Part shown: one piece after another, positions 18,283-28,232 of the stretch | Layout: every line of letters begins with the position of its first letter | Numbering within the stretch: position 1 is the first letter of the stretch | Virus genome (UHGV): UHGV-0071189 | From: a virus | Reading direction: 5' to 3' (one strand) | Length of the DNA stretch: 35,719 nt | Notes under the pieces: model-generated | What the model was told of the DNA's origin: nothing | The model's database searches: none | The model's input: the letters and a program-made list of their open reading frames with translations, nothing else | Translations under genes and position numbers: made by a program

Positions 18283-18617
18283 TCGTCCTTCTCCTTCACC
18301 CTGCGATTAAAGGCCGCAATAACCTTGTCGCGTGCTTTCTCTGCCCCCATAAAACCGATTGATGCGCCGATAAACGTCACAGCATCTTCAGGAAACCCGA
18401 AGAAGCGCAACGACCCGGCCACGGCCATGGCAAGAACGCCGCACGCCAGCGATCCCGTTACGGTCTGAACCAGTGTTCGTCCGTCATAAAGACTCATCAG
18501 CGCGGAAATGCTGACTGCCGCGCCTACTGCATACACCGTTGGCAGGTGGTCAAAGAGCCACGCAATAACCTGCTCTGTGATCCCTGTTTGAATGGTGCTC
18601 ACTGCTACTCCCCCCAC
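18279..18617 (-). CDS. Holin
   Basis: 112-aa membrane protein with TM segments and charged C-terminus immediately upstream of endolysin. Confidence 0.7.
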   Translation of the reverse strand: MGGVAVSTIQTGITEQVIAWLFDHLPTVYAVGAAVSISALMSLYDGRTLVQTVTGSLACGVLAMAVAGSLRFFGFPEDAVTFIGASIGFMGAEKARDKVIAAFNRRVKEKDE

Positions 18618-18805
18618 AACTGAATCATTTCTCGTTTCTTCTTCTTCGGCTCCGGCATCTCCACGTCCTGCCCGGCGTCCAGAAATACCTGCTGACAGAG
18701 TCCGGGGTTAGCATCCAGCACCTTTTCGGTGACGCCCTGCGTCGTGCCGTAGTACCGGAAACAGAGCGAATCCACGGTGTCGCCTTCCAGTGCCTTCACT
18801 TTCAT
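18605..18805 (-). CDS. X: Tail protein X
   Basis: MKVKALEGDTVDSLCFRYYGTT matches P2 gpX start; start ATG overlaps L stop (TGATG). Confidence 0.75.
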   Translation of the reverse strand: MKVKALEGDTVDSLCFRYYGTTQGVTEKVLDANPGLCQQVFLDAGQDVEMPEPKKKKREMIQLWGE

Positions 18806-19308
18806 CAGCACAACTCCGCAAAGATTCGCGGGCGGCACAGAATGTCAGAGATGGCCCAGCTCACATCACGCCACAAATCCGATGTCTGTATATCCAGTGC
18901 GTCCGCCCGGCGGTCGCCCTTGTCCGTTGTGTCTGCATCACGATAACGCTCCAGAATCAGGGCGCGCGTGGCGGTATAAACAGCATTGCGCCAGTGCCAG
19001 AGATTGACGCTTTCTCCGTTAATTACGGGTGCCGGAACATCGGCCAGCGTCTGATGGCCAGCCGCCTGCTGTTCCTGCTGCCATGCTTCCAGCTCGCGGG
19101 TAACGTGTGCCACAGCTCCGGTGGCGGTATGCAGCAGGCGGGAGGTGGTCACGCGCCCCGGCAGTCGTACCGCCAGACGCAGCTCACGCAGCACAATATC
19201 CGGCCAGAATGCACCCGCTGAAATACGGGTATCACCATCATCGGTATCGGTGATGTCGTCCTCTGCGGGTCCGGGGTTGGTTCTGGCAACCATACTCATG
19301 GGGTTCAC
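18805..19308 (-). CDS. L: Head completion/stabilisation protein L
   Basis: 167 aa, position after M as in P2. Confidence 0.8.
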   Translation of the reverse strand: MNPMSMVARTNPGPAEDDITDTDDGDTRISAGAFWPDIVLRELRLAVRLPGRVTTSRLLHTATGAVAHVTRELEAWQQEQQAAGHQTLADVPAPVINGESVNLWHWRNAVYTATRALILERYRDADTTDKGDRRADALDIQTSDLWRDVSWAISDILCRPRIFAELC

Positions 19309-19400
19309 TCCTGAAAAAATCGGGCGGTGGGTGCGCGGTGTAAACGGTCACGGAGTCAAACCGGAACACCGCGCACGCCGCCCGCTGACGGGGTCAGTCG

Positions 19401-20201
19401 TTAACCGCGCTTCGCCTTCTGCGTCGCGGTGGTTTTTCGTGTTGCAGGCTTCTGCGTTATCTTTTTACTTTTGCTGCTTTCGTCCTGCGCCTGCGGTGTG
19501 CTGGCATCTTCTGGTGCGGCTGCGGAATCGGCTTTTTTCAGAGCGCGGGAAAGGGTTGCAATCTCGCGTTTCACACCTGCGTTCGGGTTCAGGTGCATCG
19601 CTTCGCGCAGCAGCTTCAGTGATGAGGCCATGCTGTCCGCATCGGTCAGGCCACGGCGGGCAAAGGCGCACGCCTTGCATAATTTGGCGCGCACTTCGTC
19701 CGGCATGTCCTGGTCGGTGACAATCTCCCGGAGGGTATCCAGTGGTTCGATAAAGGCGGACAAATCCGCGTCGGTATCCGTCCCGGCCTGCGTCAGTACC
19801 GGGTTGCAGATTTCTTCGGTCAGTACCGTAGCAGCAGTACGTCCAAAGTTATCCGGCATGATGAGGTTGTGACGGACCACATATGCACCAATACGCAGCG
19901 CCAGCGGAAGATCGCCGCAGTCAATCGCCCACACCATCAGCGTGGCAATCACTTCATCCTGCTGCCCGCCGTCAGCCTCCAGTGTTCCCTCAATCCAGCC
20001 GGAAAAGTCCGGCAACAACTCTTTTTTGATGGCGGCTTTGGCGCTTCTGGCCTGTACGCCCTTAAGCCGGGCCTGTGCCAGACGCAGACGATACAGCACC
20101 TCTTCATGCGCGGTACGCGCGGCGTGGTCCACGCCTTCATTCGCCCGGCCTGAGCGCTGTGCCATCACGTTCTGCCAGTGTTGCTGTGCAGGAGTAATCA
20201 T
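19401..20201 (-). CDS. M: Terminase small (endonuclease) subunit M
   Basis: 266 aa between N and L; P2 gpM-like. Confidence 0.8.
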   Translation of the reverse strand: MITPAQQHWQNVMAQRSGRANEGVDHAARTAHEEVLYRLRLAQARLKGVQARSAKAAIKKELLPDFSGWIEGTLEADGGQQDEVIATLMVWAIDCGDLPLALRIGAYVVRHNLIMPDNFGRTAATVLTEEICNPVLTQAGTDTDADLSAFIEPLDTLREIVTDQDMPDEVRAKLCKACAFARRGLTDADSMASSLKLLREAMHLNPNAGVKREIATLSRALKKADSAAAPEDASTPQAQDESSKSKKITQKPATRKTTATQKAKRG

Positions 20202-20246
20202 TTTTTCTCTCCGTTACAGGCGGGCATGATGCCCGCCGTGAGTTGA

Positions 20247-21299
20247 TTAGCTGTCGGCGAACTTCAGGCCAGTGACCATCGCGCACTTGCCATAGTCTTC
20301 AACGACATAAGCGTCATTGATGGACTGGTAGGTGGCGATGCGGTTGTATTCCGGTTCGTCTTTCATCAGACGACGCATTGAACCTTTCTGCCAGTAAATC
20401 GACAGGTTGTTGAACGAGGTGATCAGCATCGTTGAATCCGGGAAGAACGGCGCAAGGAACACGCCCAGCCCGCCAATGGTGCGCGATGACAGAATGAGCT
20501 GCCCGGCAAGTAATTCCGCATTGGGATTCTGGCCGCTGATGCTGTTCAGCACGGGCAGACGCAGCGAGTTAAACAGGTTGCGCCCCATAATCACCACGAG
20601 GTCGTCAGCTTCCTTGTGCCATTCATCCAGCAGGGATGAGCGCGCGTCCTGTACCAGTGCATCAGCGTTCGCATACTTACCCGCGTGTGCCACGGTGTTG
20701 TCCATGTTACGGGAGGTCAGCGTCACGTCATTCATAACGCGTTCGCTGGCGTCGGTTCTGATGTGCTCCAGCCACCCCACGTTAACGTCCTGAAGCAACT
20801 TGTTGGTGCTGAAGTTGGACTCATCCGCGTGAGACGTGCCGTTGAAACCGATCATGATGCGGTCAAGTGCCACCTGTCGGGCAATCTGTGCGCTGATGCG
20901 GGACTGAAAATCAGGGTGTGCCGACCAGGCATCAAGCTGCGGATACGAAATAAACGTGTCGTAGTTCACCTGTTCGCACTGGTATTTGCGGTTTTTCAGA
21001 TCAACCACGTTATTCGGGTTACGGCGTTTTGTGCCGTCATAACTGGTATTCGTGCGCGCAATCGGTCCTGTGGTATCCAGGAGGATTTTTTCGCCTTTCT
21101 GGTCGGTCACGCCGATCACGTTAATTCTTTTCGTAAATTCGGTACTTTCCTTTGAGGCGTTTTCAAAACGCTGCTGCACCGCGGGTTCCACGGTAAATCG
21201 CGATACCAGTGCAGAAACCGGGATATTGTTAAGCGACGCCTGCTGCGCCATATAGCAACCCAGCTTGTTGCGGGTAATATCTGACATCACCAGATTCAT
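20247..21299 (-). CDS. N: Major capsid protein N
   Basis: 350 aa; FTVEP..Q motif region resembles P2 gpN precursor. Confidence 0.85.
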   Translation of the reverse strand: MNLVMSDITRNKLGCYMAQQASLNNIPVSALVSRFTVEPAVQQRFENASKESTEFTKRINVIGVTDQKGEKILLDTTGPIARTNTSYDGTKRRNPNNVVDLKNRKYQCEQVNYDTFISYPQLDAWSAHPDFQSRISAQIARQVALDRIMIGFNGTSHADESNFSTNKLLQDVNVGWLEHIRTDASERVMNDVTLTSRNMDNTVAHAGKYANADALVQDARSSLLDEWHKEADDLVVIMGRNLFNSLRLPVLNSISGQNPNAELLAGQLILSSRTIGGLGVFLAPFFPDSTMLITSFNNLSIYWQKGSMRRLMKDEPEYNRIATYQSINDAYVVEDYGKCAMVTGLKFADS

Positions 21300-21322
21300 A
21301 AAAAATTTGCTCCTTTGTCTTA

Positions 21323-22159
21323 TCAGAAGTCAGCCAGCTGGTCGGAGGCTGCACCTGTTGCGGTGAACCGGTTCTGCGGATCGCCGTCCTGCGTGCGCAG
21401 TTTTTCCTTCAGTGCTGCCAGCTCTGTGGTCAGTAAAGTGATTTTCTGGCTGTCCTGCTGATGGCGGGTTTCCAGCACATTAAAACGGTCGATAATGTCG
21501 GCCTGTGACGTTGCGACACCTTCCACCGCTTCCTGAATACGGGAGAAACTGGCGTCATCCGCTTTGCGGCCACGGCCAATAATCCCCATAACGCGGTTAA
21601 ACCACTGGGTGCCTTCTTCCTGACGTTGTTCGGTGAGTTCGATAAGTTCTGACTCCATAGCGGCGGTAAACATCGCCACGTCTCCCTGCTGACAGTTGAA
21701 TGTCATCAGTTGCATACGTTGTTGTGCCGCAAAGGCCAGACGTTCCGTGCCCAGGCTGGCAGGGGTGTCGGTCATTGCCAGCCCGCGCAGGTAAGGGCCT
21801 CCCGTGATGGTTGACTGTGGTTCCAGCTCAATACTGGAGTAAATTTTTTTACCATCGTTAAGCAGGGACATCATGCGAGCGGTCGGCTCAATTTCGGCAT
21901 ACAGCGCCGTGCGACCTGCCAGCGGGCCATCGGTTATGTCTTCGGTGCTCAACCCCACAACATCGCCCATAGCGGAAAACTCGCTACCGGGAAGTGGTGA
22001 CAGGATGTGCTCAATATTCACACGAGCACCATAAACGGACGGGTTATAACTGGTGGCGGCAGCTTTCAGCATGTCGCCGTTGATTTCGCGCCCGTCTGCC
22101 GTTACACCGGAGACAGCCACGCGAAACTTTTTGCGGGATGTCTTTTTTTCATTAGCCAT
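21323..22159 (-). CDS. O: Capsid scaffolding protein O
   Basis: Start placed at internal ATG 22159 with GAGGGG RBS (track start 22192); FRVAVSGVTADGREI matches P2 gpO N-terminus. Confidence 0.8.
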   Translation of the reverse strand: MANEKKTSRKKFRVAVSGVTADGREINGDMLKAAATSYNPSVYGARVNIEHILSPLPGSEFSAMGDVVGLSTEDITDGPLAGRTALYAEIEPTARMMSLLNDGKKIYSSIELEPQSTITGGPYLRGLAMTDTPASLGTERLAFAAQQRMQLMTFNCQQGDVAMFTAAMESELIELTEQRQEEGTQWFNRVMGIIGRGRKADDASFSRIQEAVEGVATSQADIIDRFNVLETRHQQDSQKITLLTTELAALKEKLRTQDGDPQNRFTATGAASDQLADF

Positions 22160-22313
22160 AGTTTTTGCCCCTCTGACTGGTTCTTCAGTCATGATGGCAA
22201 AGCGTAACAGGCTGATACAAAGGGCTTTTGTTGTAAGAAAACGGTCAGAACAGGGGGTTAAGGAGAACAGTTTCGCGCGCGGGTAATCTTCCTGTAATTA
22301 CTCAGGGGGAGCA

Positions 22314-24065
22314 ATGATTCAGGACGCTTTTGTGCGCCAGCGTGCGCGACAACTTTACTGGCAGGGTTATCCGCCCGCAGAAATATCACGTCTGATGGGA
22401 ATAAACCCGAACACGATTTATGCGTGGAAAAAACGCGACCAGTGGGATGAAACGCCACCCGTGCAGCGTGTCACGCAGTCCATCGATGCGCGCCTCATCC
22501 AGCTCACTGAAAAACAGAATAAAACAGGTGGTGACTTCAAGGAAATAGACCTGCTGACCCGGCAGCTTAAAAAACTGCATGATGGCCAGCCGGATGCGAC
22601 GGCCACAGGAAAGAAAGGCCGGGCGAAAAAACTCAAAAATCATTTCACGCCGGAACAGATTGCCGCACTGCGGGAAAAAATCATCAGCAGGCTGGAGTGG
22701 CATCAGCGGGGCTGGTTTGACTCCCTGACCCTTTGCAGGGAAGCCGGGATACGTAACAGGATGATCCTGAAATCCCGACAGATTGGGGCGACCTGGTATT
22801 TTGCACAGGAAGCACTGCTGATGGCGCTGCGTGACGATGTGGCGCAACCTTACCAGCGTAACCAGATTTTTTTGTCTGCGTCGCGTCGTCAGGCGTTCCA
22901 GTTTAAAAGCATTATTCAGAAGGCTGCGGCTGAAGTTGATGTGGAGCTGAAAGGGGGCGATAAAATCATCCTCTCCAACGGCGCAGAGCTGCATTTTCTC
23001 GGCACTTCTGCTGCGTCGGCGCAGTCCTATACGGGCAATTTTTATTTTGATGAATTTTTCTGGGTCAGTCGCTTTGCTGAACTGCGCAAGGTGGCTGGCG
23101 CTATGGCAACCCTCAGCGGACTGCGGCGCACCTACTTCTCCACGCCATCCACCGAAACGCACGAAGCATACGCCTACTGGAACGGCGACCGCTGGAACGA
23201 GAAAAAGGCCACGCATAAACGCCAGCGTTTTTCTGTGGACTGGAAAACGCTGCATAACGGGCTTATCTGCCCTGACCGGACGTGGCGGCAAATTGTCACG
23301 CTGGAAGATGTGGTTAATCACGGCTGGAAACACACCGATATCGACGAAATTCGTGATGAAAACACCGAAGACGAGTTCCTCAATCTCTATATGTGTGAGT
23401 TTGTCCGCGAAGGGGAATCGGCATTTAACCTGAATATCCTGATTGGCTGCGGTGTTGACGGATACGACGACTGGAAAGACTGGAAACCTTTTGCTCCCCG
23501 CCCGATGGGGAATCGTCCGGTATGGATTGGGTATGACGCAAACGGCAGCAGTGGCAACGGCGACAGCGGCGCTGTGTCCGTGGTGGTTCCTCCGGCTGTT
23601 CCTGGTGGCCGTTTTCGAACGGTGGAGACGCGACGCGTTCAGGGGCTGGAGTTTGAAGAACAGGCCAGAGTCATTGAAGATTTCACGTATCGCTACAACG
23701 TGGAACACATCGGCATTGATGTGACGGGCGGGAACGGGGAGGCTGTTTATCAGATAGTGAAACGGTTTTTCCCTGCCGCTATTCCGTACACCTTCACGCT
23801 GTCATCAAAACGGTCGCTGGTACTGAAAATGCTGCAAATAATGCGTGCCGGGCGGTGGGAATACGATCGCGCCGAACGCGAGCTGGTCGCGGCCTTTAAC
23901 GCCGTGCGTAAGGTGAAAACACCGGGCGGCTTTATCACTTACGAAACGGACCGCGCGAGGGGGATCAGCCACGGCGACCTTGCGTGGGCAACCATGCTTG
24001 CTGTCATTAACGAACCAATTGGCGGCGAAGGAGAAAACGAGCGTTTCACGGTTATGGAGTTCTGA
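22314..24065 (+). CDS. P: Terminase large (ATPase) subunit P
   Basis: 583 aa; N-terminal HTH-like segment, central ATPase and C-terminal nuclease regions; divergent from O as in P2. Confidence 0.85.
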   Translation: MIQDAFVRQRARQLYWQGYPPAEISRLMGINPNTIYAWKKRDQWDETPPVQRVTQSIDARLIQLTEKQNKTGGDFKEIDLLTRQLKKLHDGQPDATATGKKGRAKKLKNHFTPEQIAALREKIISRLEWHQRGWFDSLTLCREAGIRNRMILKSRQIGATWYFAQEALLMALRDDVAQPYQRNQIFLSASRRQAFQFKSIIQKAAAEVDVELKGGDKIILSNGAELHFLGTSAASAQSYTGNFYFDEFFWVSRFAELRKVAGAMATLSGLRRTYFSTPSTETHEAYAYWNGDRWNEKKATHKRQRFSVDWKTLHNGLICPDRTWRQIVTLEDVVNHGWKHTDIDEIRDENTEDEFLNLYMCEFVREGESAFNLNILIGCGVDGYDDWKDWKPFAPRPMGNRPVWIGYDANGSSGNGDSGAVSVVVPPAVPGGRFRTVETRRVQGLEFEEQARVIEDFTYRYNVEHIGIDVTGGNGEAVYQIVKRFFPAAIPYTFTLSSKRSLVLKMLQIMRAGRWEYDRAERELVAAFNAVRKVKTPGGFITYETDRARGISHGDLAWATMLAVINEPIGGEGENERFTVMEF

Positions 24066-25111
24066 TGAGCAGAAAAAATAAAAAAGTGCGCATGAGTTCA
24101 CGCATTGATCTCGCTGATGCACTCAGGAAAGAATCGTCGCTCAGCGCATTCACTTTTGATGGTCCTTATCGCCTGACCGGGCATGATTTGCTGGACAATA
24201 TGTACTGTGCTGATAACGGGCGGTGGTATGAAACCCCGGTGGACTGGTACGGTCTGGCAAGAGCCGCCCGGCAAACGTCCTGGCATCAGTCTGCGCTTTA
24301 CTTTAAGCGCAATGTATTGCTCGGTTGCTACATCCCGCACCCGCTGCTTTCCCGGCAGGATTTCTCGGCGCTGGCGCTGGACTGGTTTGTGTTCGGTAAC
24401 GCATTCCTTGAGCTTCGAAGCAATATGCTCGGCGAACCGCTTAAATTACAGCACGCCCTGGCGAAATACATGCGACGCGGAAGCGATCTTGAATCATGGT
24501 GGTATGTGCAGGATGGCAAGGACGCGTTTCAGTTTCGCCCAGGCAAAGTGTGCCACCTGATGAATCCTGACATTAACCAGGAAATCTACGGCATGCCGGA
24601 ATATCTCGGCGCATTACTCTCGGCCAGCCTGTCTCATTCGGCGGACATGTTCAGAAAACTGTATTACGACAACGGATCCCACGCCGGGTGCATCATCTAC
24701 ATCGGTGCAGCGCAGGTAAACCGCGAAAGCATGGACTCCCTGAAAGAAACGCTACAGGGTGCGCGTGGTGGTGGTGCGTTTAAAAACGTGCTCATTCATG
24801 CGCCCAACGGGGGCAAAGAGGGGGTGCAAATTTTGCCGTTCCAGCAGATCGCCGCAAAGGATGAGTTCATGAATGTTAAGGCGGCATCCCGTGATGATGT
24901 GCTGGCTGCGCACCGCGTTCCGCCGCAACTGATGGGGGCGATGCCGGGTGAAAAAAGTGCGTTTGGTGATGTGGAGAAGGCCGCGCGGGTTTACGCAATT
25001 AACGAGCTGATGCCCGTCATGGAGGCCATGAAGCATATCAATGACTGGCTTGGCGAAGAGGTGATCCGATTTAACCCTTACGCACTGTTAGACACCCAGC
25101 CCACATCCTGA
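24065..25111 (+). CDS. Q: Portal (capsid vertex) protein Q
   Basis: 348 aa immediately after P with ATGA overlap; P2 gpQ size and position. Confidence 0.85.
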   Translation: MSRKNKKVRMSSRIDLADALRKESSLSAFTFDGPYRLTGHDLLDNMYCADNGRWYETPVDWYGLARAARQTSWHQSALYFKRNVLLGCYIPHPLLSRQDFSALALDWFVFGNAFLELRSNMLGEPLKLQHALAKYMRRGSDLESWWYVQDGKDAFQFRPGKVCHLMNPDINQEIYGMPEYLGALLSASLSHSADMFRKLYYDNGSHAGCIIYIGAAQVNRESMDSLKETLQGARGGGAFKNVLIHAPNGGKEGVQILPFQQIAAKDEFMNVKAASRDDVLAAHRVPPQLMGAMPGEKSAFGDVEKAARVYAINELMPVMEAMKHINDWLGEEVIRFNPYALLDTQPTS

Positions 25112-25137
25112 CGCGCTTCGCTTGTCTGCTGCTTCGC

Positions 25138-25162
25138 CGGGGCATAAAAAATTTATGCCCCG
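25138..25162. other. Perfect palindrome CGGGGCATAAA-AAA-TTTATGCCCCG downstream of Q (terminator or protein-binding site)
   Basis: 11-bp perfect stem seen directly, 27 bp after Q stop; no T-run, so intrinsic-terminator role uncertain. Confidence 0.4.
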
Positions 25163-25589
25163 ACTCTCCAGCTCCTGTATCAATCAGATAATTTCACGAC
25201 GTCTTCCAGCTTATCGCCATCATCGACGGTCAGGCTCTTACGCAATCCCACTGCGCTGACTGCATGTTCTCGCCGCCTCAGTGCGATTTTGACGGCCTTA
25301 TCTGCTACCCCATCAAATCAAAAGTCCTCACGTCTTTTTCATGCTCAGCGTGAGAAATACAGCCATTCTGTTGTGTCGCTGCGACATCGTTCAGGGGATG
25401 CTATTTACCCCCTGAAACGCGGGCTGTTCCCCCGTCACCTGCGCGCAGAAAAAACGCGTTTTTTTGTGCACGCACGGATCCTTGACGGATCCAGTCGCCA
25501 CGCGGGCCGGAAGGGCAAAAAGTCGTTCAAAAAAATTATGCAAATTTGTGCACTATTGTGCAGATGCTGCGGATTATCTCGAAGCCATA

Positions 25590-25617
25590 TTGTGTATTAG
25601 CAAGTGATATGTATACT
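25590..25617 (+). promoter_or_regulatory. Candidate sigma70 promoter of the cargo operon (-35 TTGTGT, 16-bp spacer, -10 TATACT)
   Basis: Hexamers read directly, about 40 bp upstream of GTG start at 25660; not verified. Confidence 0.3.
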
Positions 25618-25659
25618 TTGCAATGAAGTAGTATAGATGTTTGTTAAGTAAGGTGAATT

Positions 25660-27036
25660 GTGAAAAAAATAGATAAAAAGGATGCAAGAAAACGCTTTTT
25701 ACGTGGTTGGATTCGCTTTTTAAAAGGCGTTGAGAGAAAAAATAAAAGAAGAATTAAATATAAAGCCTATGAAAGGTTACATTTTTCTGACGAAGTAACA
25801 CCAGTGAAAAGTCAGGTGGCTACTTTTATTGAAAGTATTTCATCCGTAAAGAAATATGATACTGCAACTCTTCGTCGCAAAGAAGATAGAATAATAATAC
25901 CTAAATATTTCGATTTGTTTGATCATCCAGAAAAATCTCTTTTGTTTATTCATGGTGTAACTAGATTGATTGCCAGGGGTAAACGTAAATCATATTTGCT
26001 TGATTATACTAAAAATAAAAAGCATTGTTTAGGTGCGGAATGTCTCCTTGGTGTTGCACTGAGCTCAGCCAAACGTCACAATATAAATTTAAAAGATGCT
26101 CAAGTACAACTTAATGGCATTTATCCGAAGGATGAAAAATATTTAGAAATTATTCGTGACATCGGGTTGGTTAAAGAAATAAATAAAGTGACGCCAGGGA
26201 AGGTGCATGATGAAACAGAAAAATCGAAAAAAGATAACCCTAAGAAAAGAATATTCTCTGCTGATAGTATCGGCAAGGAAAATGCGTCTGCATTTGCACA
26301 AGATACCAAAAATAGAATGTCTGAGAAATTCACTAATTATATAAACGAGTGTCTAAGTGATCATCAATTAAAATTAGTTAGCAAGGCAGAAAACCATCTA
26401 ACATCTTGCATGGGCGAATTACTTGATAATGCAGAGAGACATTGTGGGCTTGAGCAGCGTCCGCGTTGGTATTTGAGGGGGTTTGTAAATAATGGCTTAA
26501 AACAGCCAACATGTGAAATAGCTGTTTTTAACTTTGGAAAAACTATTGATGAAACTTTTTCAGGACTTTCTTTAGAACATTATTCATATAACAATCACAT
26601 AATCCCTTATGTGGAAAAACACATAAATAAAAAAGGGATGTTTAGAGAAGGTTTGATTACAGTCGCTGCTTTGCAGGGGCGGGTTAGTTGTAAAAATGAA
26701 ACGGAGACAGATAGTTCTGGTACGGGAACCATTGAACTATTGAAGTTTTTCCAGGATATGCATGATAGTTTAAAAGAACTATCCAAAGAACTAAGTGGAA
26801 ACATCAGAATGTCTTTAATTTCTGGATGCACACATATAAACTTTGATGGTTCTTATAAGTTGAAAAAGCAAACGTTAGATAACCAAAGTGACAAATTCAC
26901 TTATCCATTTAATAATACAGGGCTTGAATCTGAACCAGATCGTACCTATCTTAAGTGTATGCAGAAAGCCCGTTTTCCGGGAGTTATGATTAATATACGT
27001 TTTCCTTTACCGGAAAATGCAACTCAAAGAACCTGA
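25660..27036 (+). CDS. Cargo operon gene 1: 458-aa Lys-rich protein with possible GHKL / anti-sigma-factor-kinase-like ATP-binding motifs
   Basis: GTG start with AAGGTG RBS; ELLDNAERH (N-box-like, about residue 253), NFGKT and SGTGT at G1/G2-like spacing; AT-rich; family assignment is motif-based only. Confidence 0.6.
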   Translation: MKKIDKKDARKRFLRGWIRFLKGVERKNKRRIKYKAYERLHFSDEVTPVKSQVATFIESISSVKKYDTATLRRKEDRIIIPKYFDLFDHPEKSLLFIHGVTRLIARGKRKSYLLDYTKNKKHCLGAECLLGVALSSAKRHNINLKDAQVQLNGIYPKDEKYLEIIRDIGLVKEINKVTPGKVHDETEKSKKDNPKKRIFSADSIGKENASAFAQDTKNRMSEKFTNYINECLSDHQLKLVSKAENHLTSCMGELLDNAERHCGLEQRPRWYLRGFVNNGLKQPTCEIAVFNFGKTIDETFSGLSLEHYSYNNHIIPYVEKHINKKGMFREGLITVAALQGRVSCKNETETDSSGTGTIELLKFFQDMHDSLKELSKELSGNIRMSLISGCTHINFDGSYKLKKQTLDNQSDKFTYPFNNTGLESEPDRTYLKCMQKARFPGVMINIRFPLPENATQRT

Positions 27037-27047
27037 GGAATAGGTAA

Positions 27048-27392
27048 ATGAAAATGGCAAATATTTATATAGATTTCAATAAATTAGTTAAAGATGGCGG
27101 CAAGAAATTATTTGCTGGGCGTGATAATGGTCGCAAGGCATATAGTTTCTTTGGCATAGATCGCTTTACTTTTGATAACAATGATAGGATTTTTCTATCA
27201 ATTCCGAATGGTGTGGTTGTGTCAAGCTCATACTTTTTGGGTATGCTAGAGAATATATTGCCTCTTTTTTCATCTCCGAATGAATTTTATAGCAGAACAT
27301 CTTTAGATGGAGTGAATTATAAAGAAGGAATGCTTTCTGAGCTGGATAGGGCTGTGAGAAGAGGATTACATCGAAATGTTCCGTTCTTCTGA
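27048..27392 (+). CDS. Cargo operon gene 2: 114-aa protein, possible STAS-like (anti-sigma-factor antagonist-like) domain
   Basis: GAGGA RBS overlapping gene 1 stop; RIFLSIPNGVVVSSSYFLGML resembles the DSSG.L phosphorylation loop of STAS proteins; speculative. Confidence 0.55.
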   Translation: MKMANIYIDFNKLVKDGGKKLFAGRDNGRKAYSFFGIDRFTFDNNDRIFLSIPNGVVVSSSYFLGMLENILPLFSSPNEFYSRTSLDGVNYKEGMLSELDRAVRRGLHRNVPFF

Positions 27393-28167
27393 TTTGTGCT
27401 CTGTTTTTAAAATGACAGCATTGCCTGTCATTTTTTTTGTTAATATATCCGCTTGCTCTGCGACATATCCAGAAAGAACCGCGTCTAACATGGATTCGCA
27501 AAATTCAGAGTCTCACGTAATAGAACCAAAGAGTGGAAACATTTTTAATGCTGATATATGCATTGGAAAAAATAGCGATCTAAAATTATGCAATAGTTAT
27601 GAAAGGAAGTTTACACCGCACCTTCTTTATGATAAACCTGATAATTATGTTCTGAATGGATATTACCCCTCAACCTCATCGGGGAATCTCTATAATATCG
27701 TTAGAGTTCCTGAATCAGGACCTGAATGGTACTCTATAGCAATTTCAATTATTGCGCTAATTGCATCTGTAGGAGTTCCTTTGTGGCAGCATTATAAAGG
27801 AAGAAATGAAGCTATAAACGAAGGGTATTGGTTACGAGAAGTTATTCTCCCTAAAATTAATGGATTAGCTTTTGAAGTTACGGAAGATTTTAAGGATGCG
27901 ATGGGGCTTCCCCCTGATGAATTTATATCATTACTAGATAGCCAACTATTTTCAAAGCTTGGGGAGTTAAGGGATTCATTATATCTATTTAAGGGTTTTT
28001 CTAAGTTGGAAAAAGATATTGAGTCACTTGATGGTATCTGTGATTTATTTGAGCAAAAGGTTTCTGATAATATTGATTCATCTATTGATACAAGGATTTC
28101 TGATGTATCAATCTTTCATGCTAGCTTAATAAGGGAGCTCATGAAAATGCATAGAAAAATAGGGTGA
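27376..28167 (+). CDS. Cargo operon gene 3: 263-aa predicted lipoprotein/membrane protein (candidate effector)
   Basis: N-terminal signal peptide with ISAC lipobox; internal hydrophobic helix WYSIAISIIALIASVGVPLW; overlaps gene 2 by 17 nt. Confidence 0.55.
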   Translation: MFRSSDLCSVFKMTALPVIFFVNISACSATYPERTASNMDSQNSESHVIEPKSGNIFNADICIGKNSDLKLCNSYERKFTPHLLYDKPDNYVLNGYYPSTSSGNLYNIVRVPESGPEWYSIAISIIALIASVGVPLWQHYKGRNEAINEGYWLREVILPKINGLAFEVTEDFKDAMGLPPDEFISLLDSQLFSKLGELRDSLYLFKGFSKLEKDIESLDGICDLFEQKVSDNIDSSIDTRISDVSIFHASLIRELMKMHRKIG

Positions 28168-28201
28168 TTGTCTATGTTTAATATATCGAAATAATATTAT
28201 T

Positions 28202-28232
28202 GTTGTGGGTTTGAAAATACCAAGCCCACAAC
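28202..28232. terminator. Imperfect hairpin GTTGTGGGTTTG-loop-CAAGCCCACAAC between the convergent cargo operon and gene A
   Basis: 12-bp stem with one mismatch, seen directly; AT-rich flanks. Confidence 0.35.

Noticed and set aside
22386-23708. 440-aa ORF on the minus strand
   Set aside because: Entirely antisense to the terminase gene P, whose product has clear conserved motifs; Arg/Pro-rich composition typical of a GC-rich antisense frame
25289-25600. 103-aa plus-strand ORF in the region between Q and the cargo operon
   Set aside because: No RBS, Arg/His-rich odd composition, lies across palindromes in the presumed cos/regulatory region; treated as non-coding
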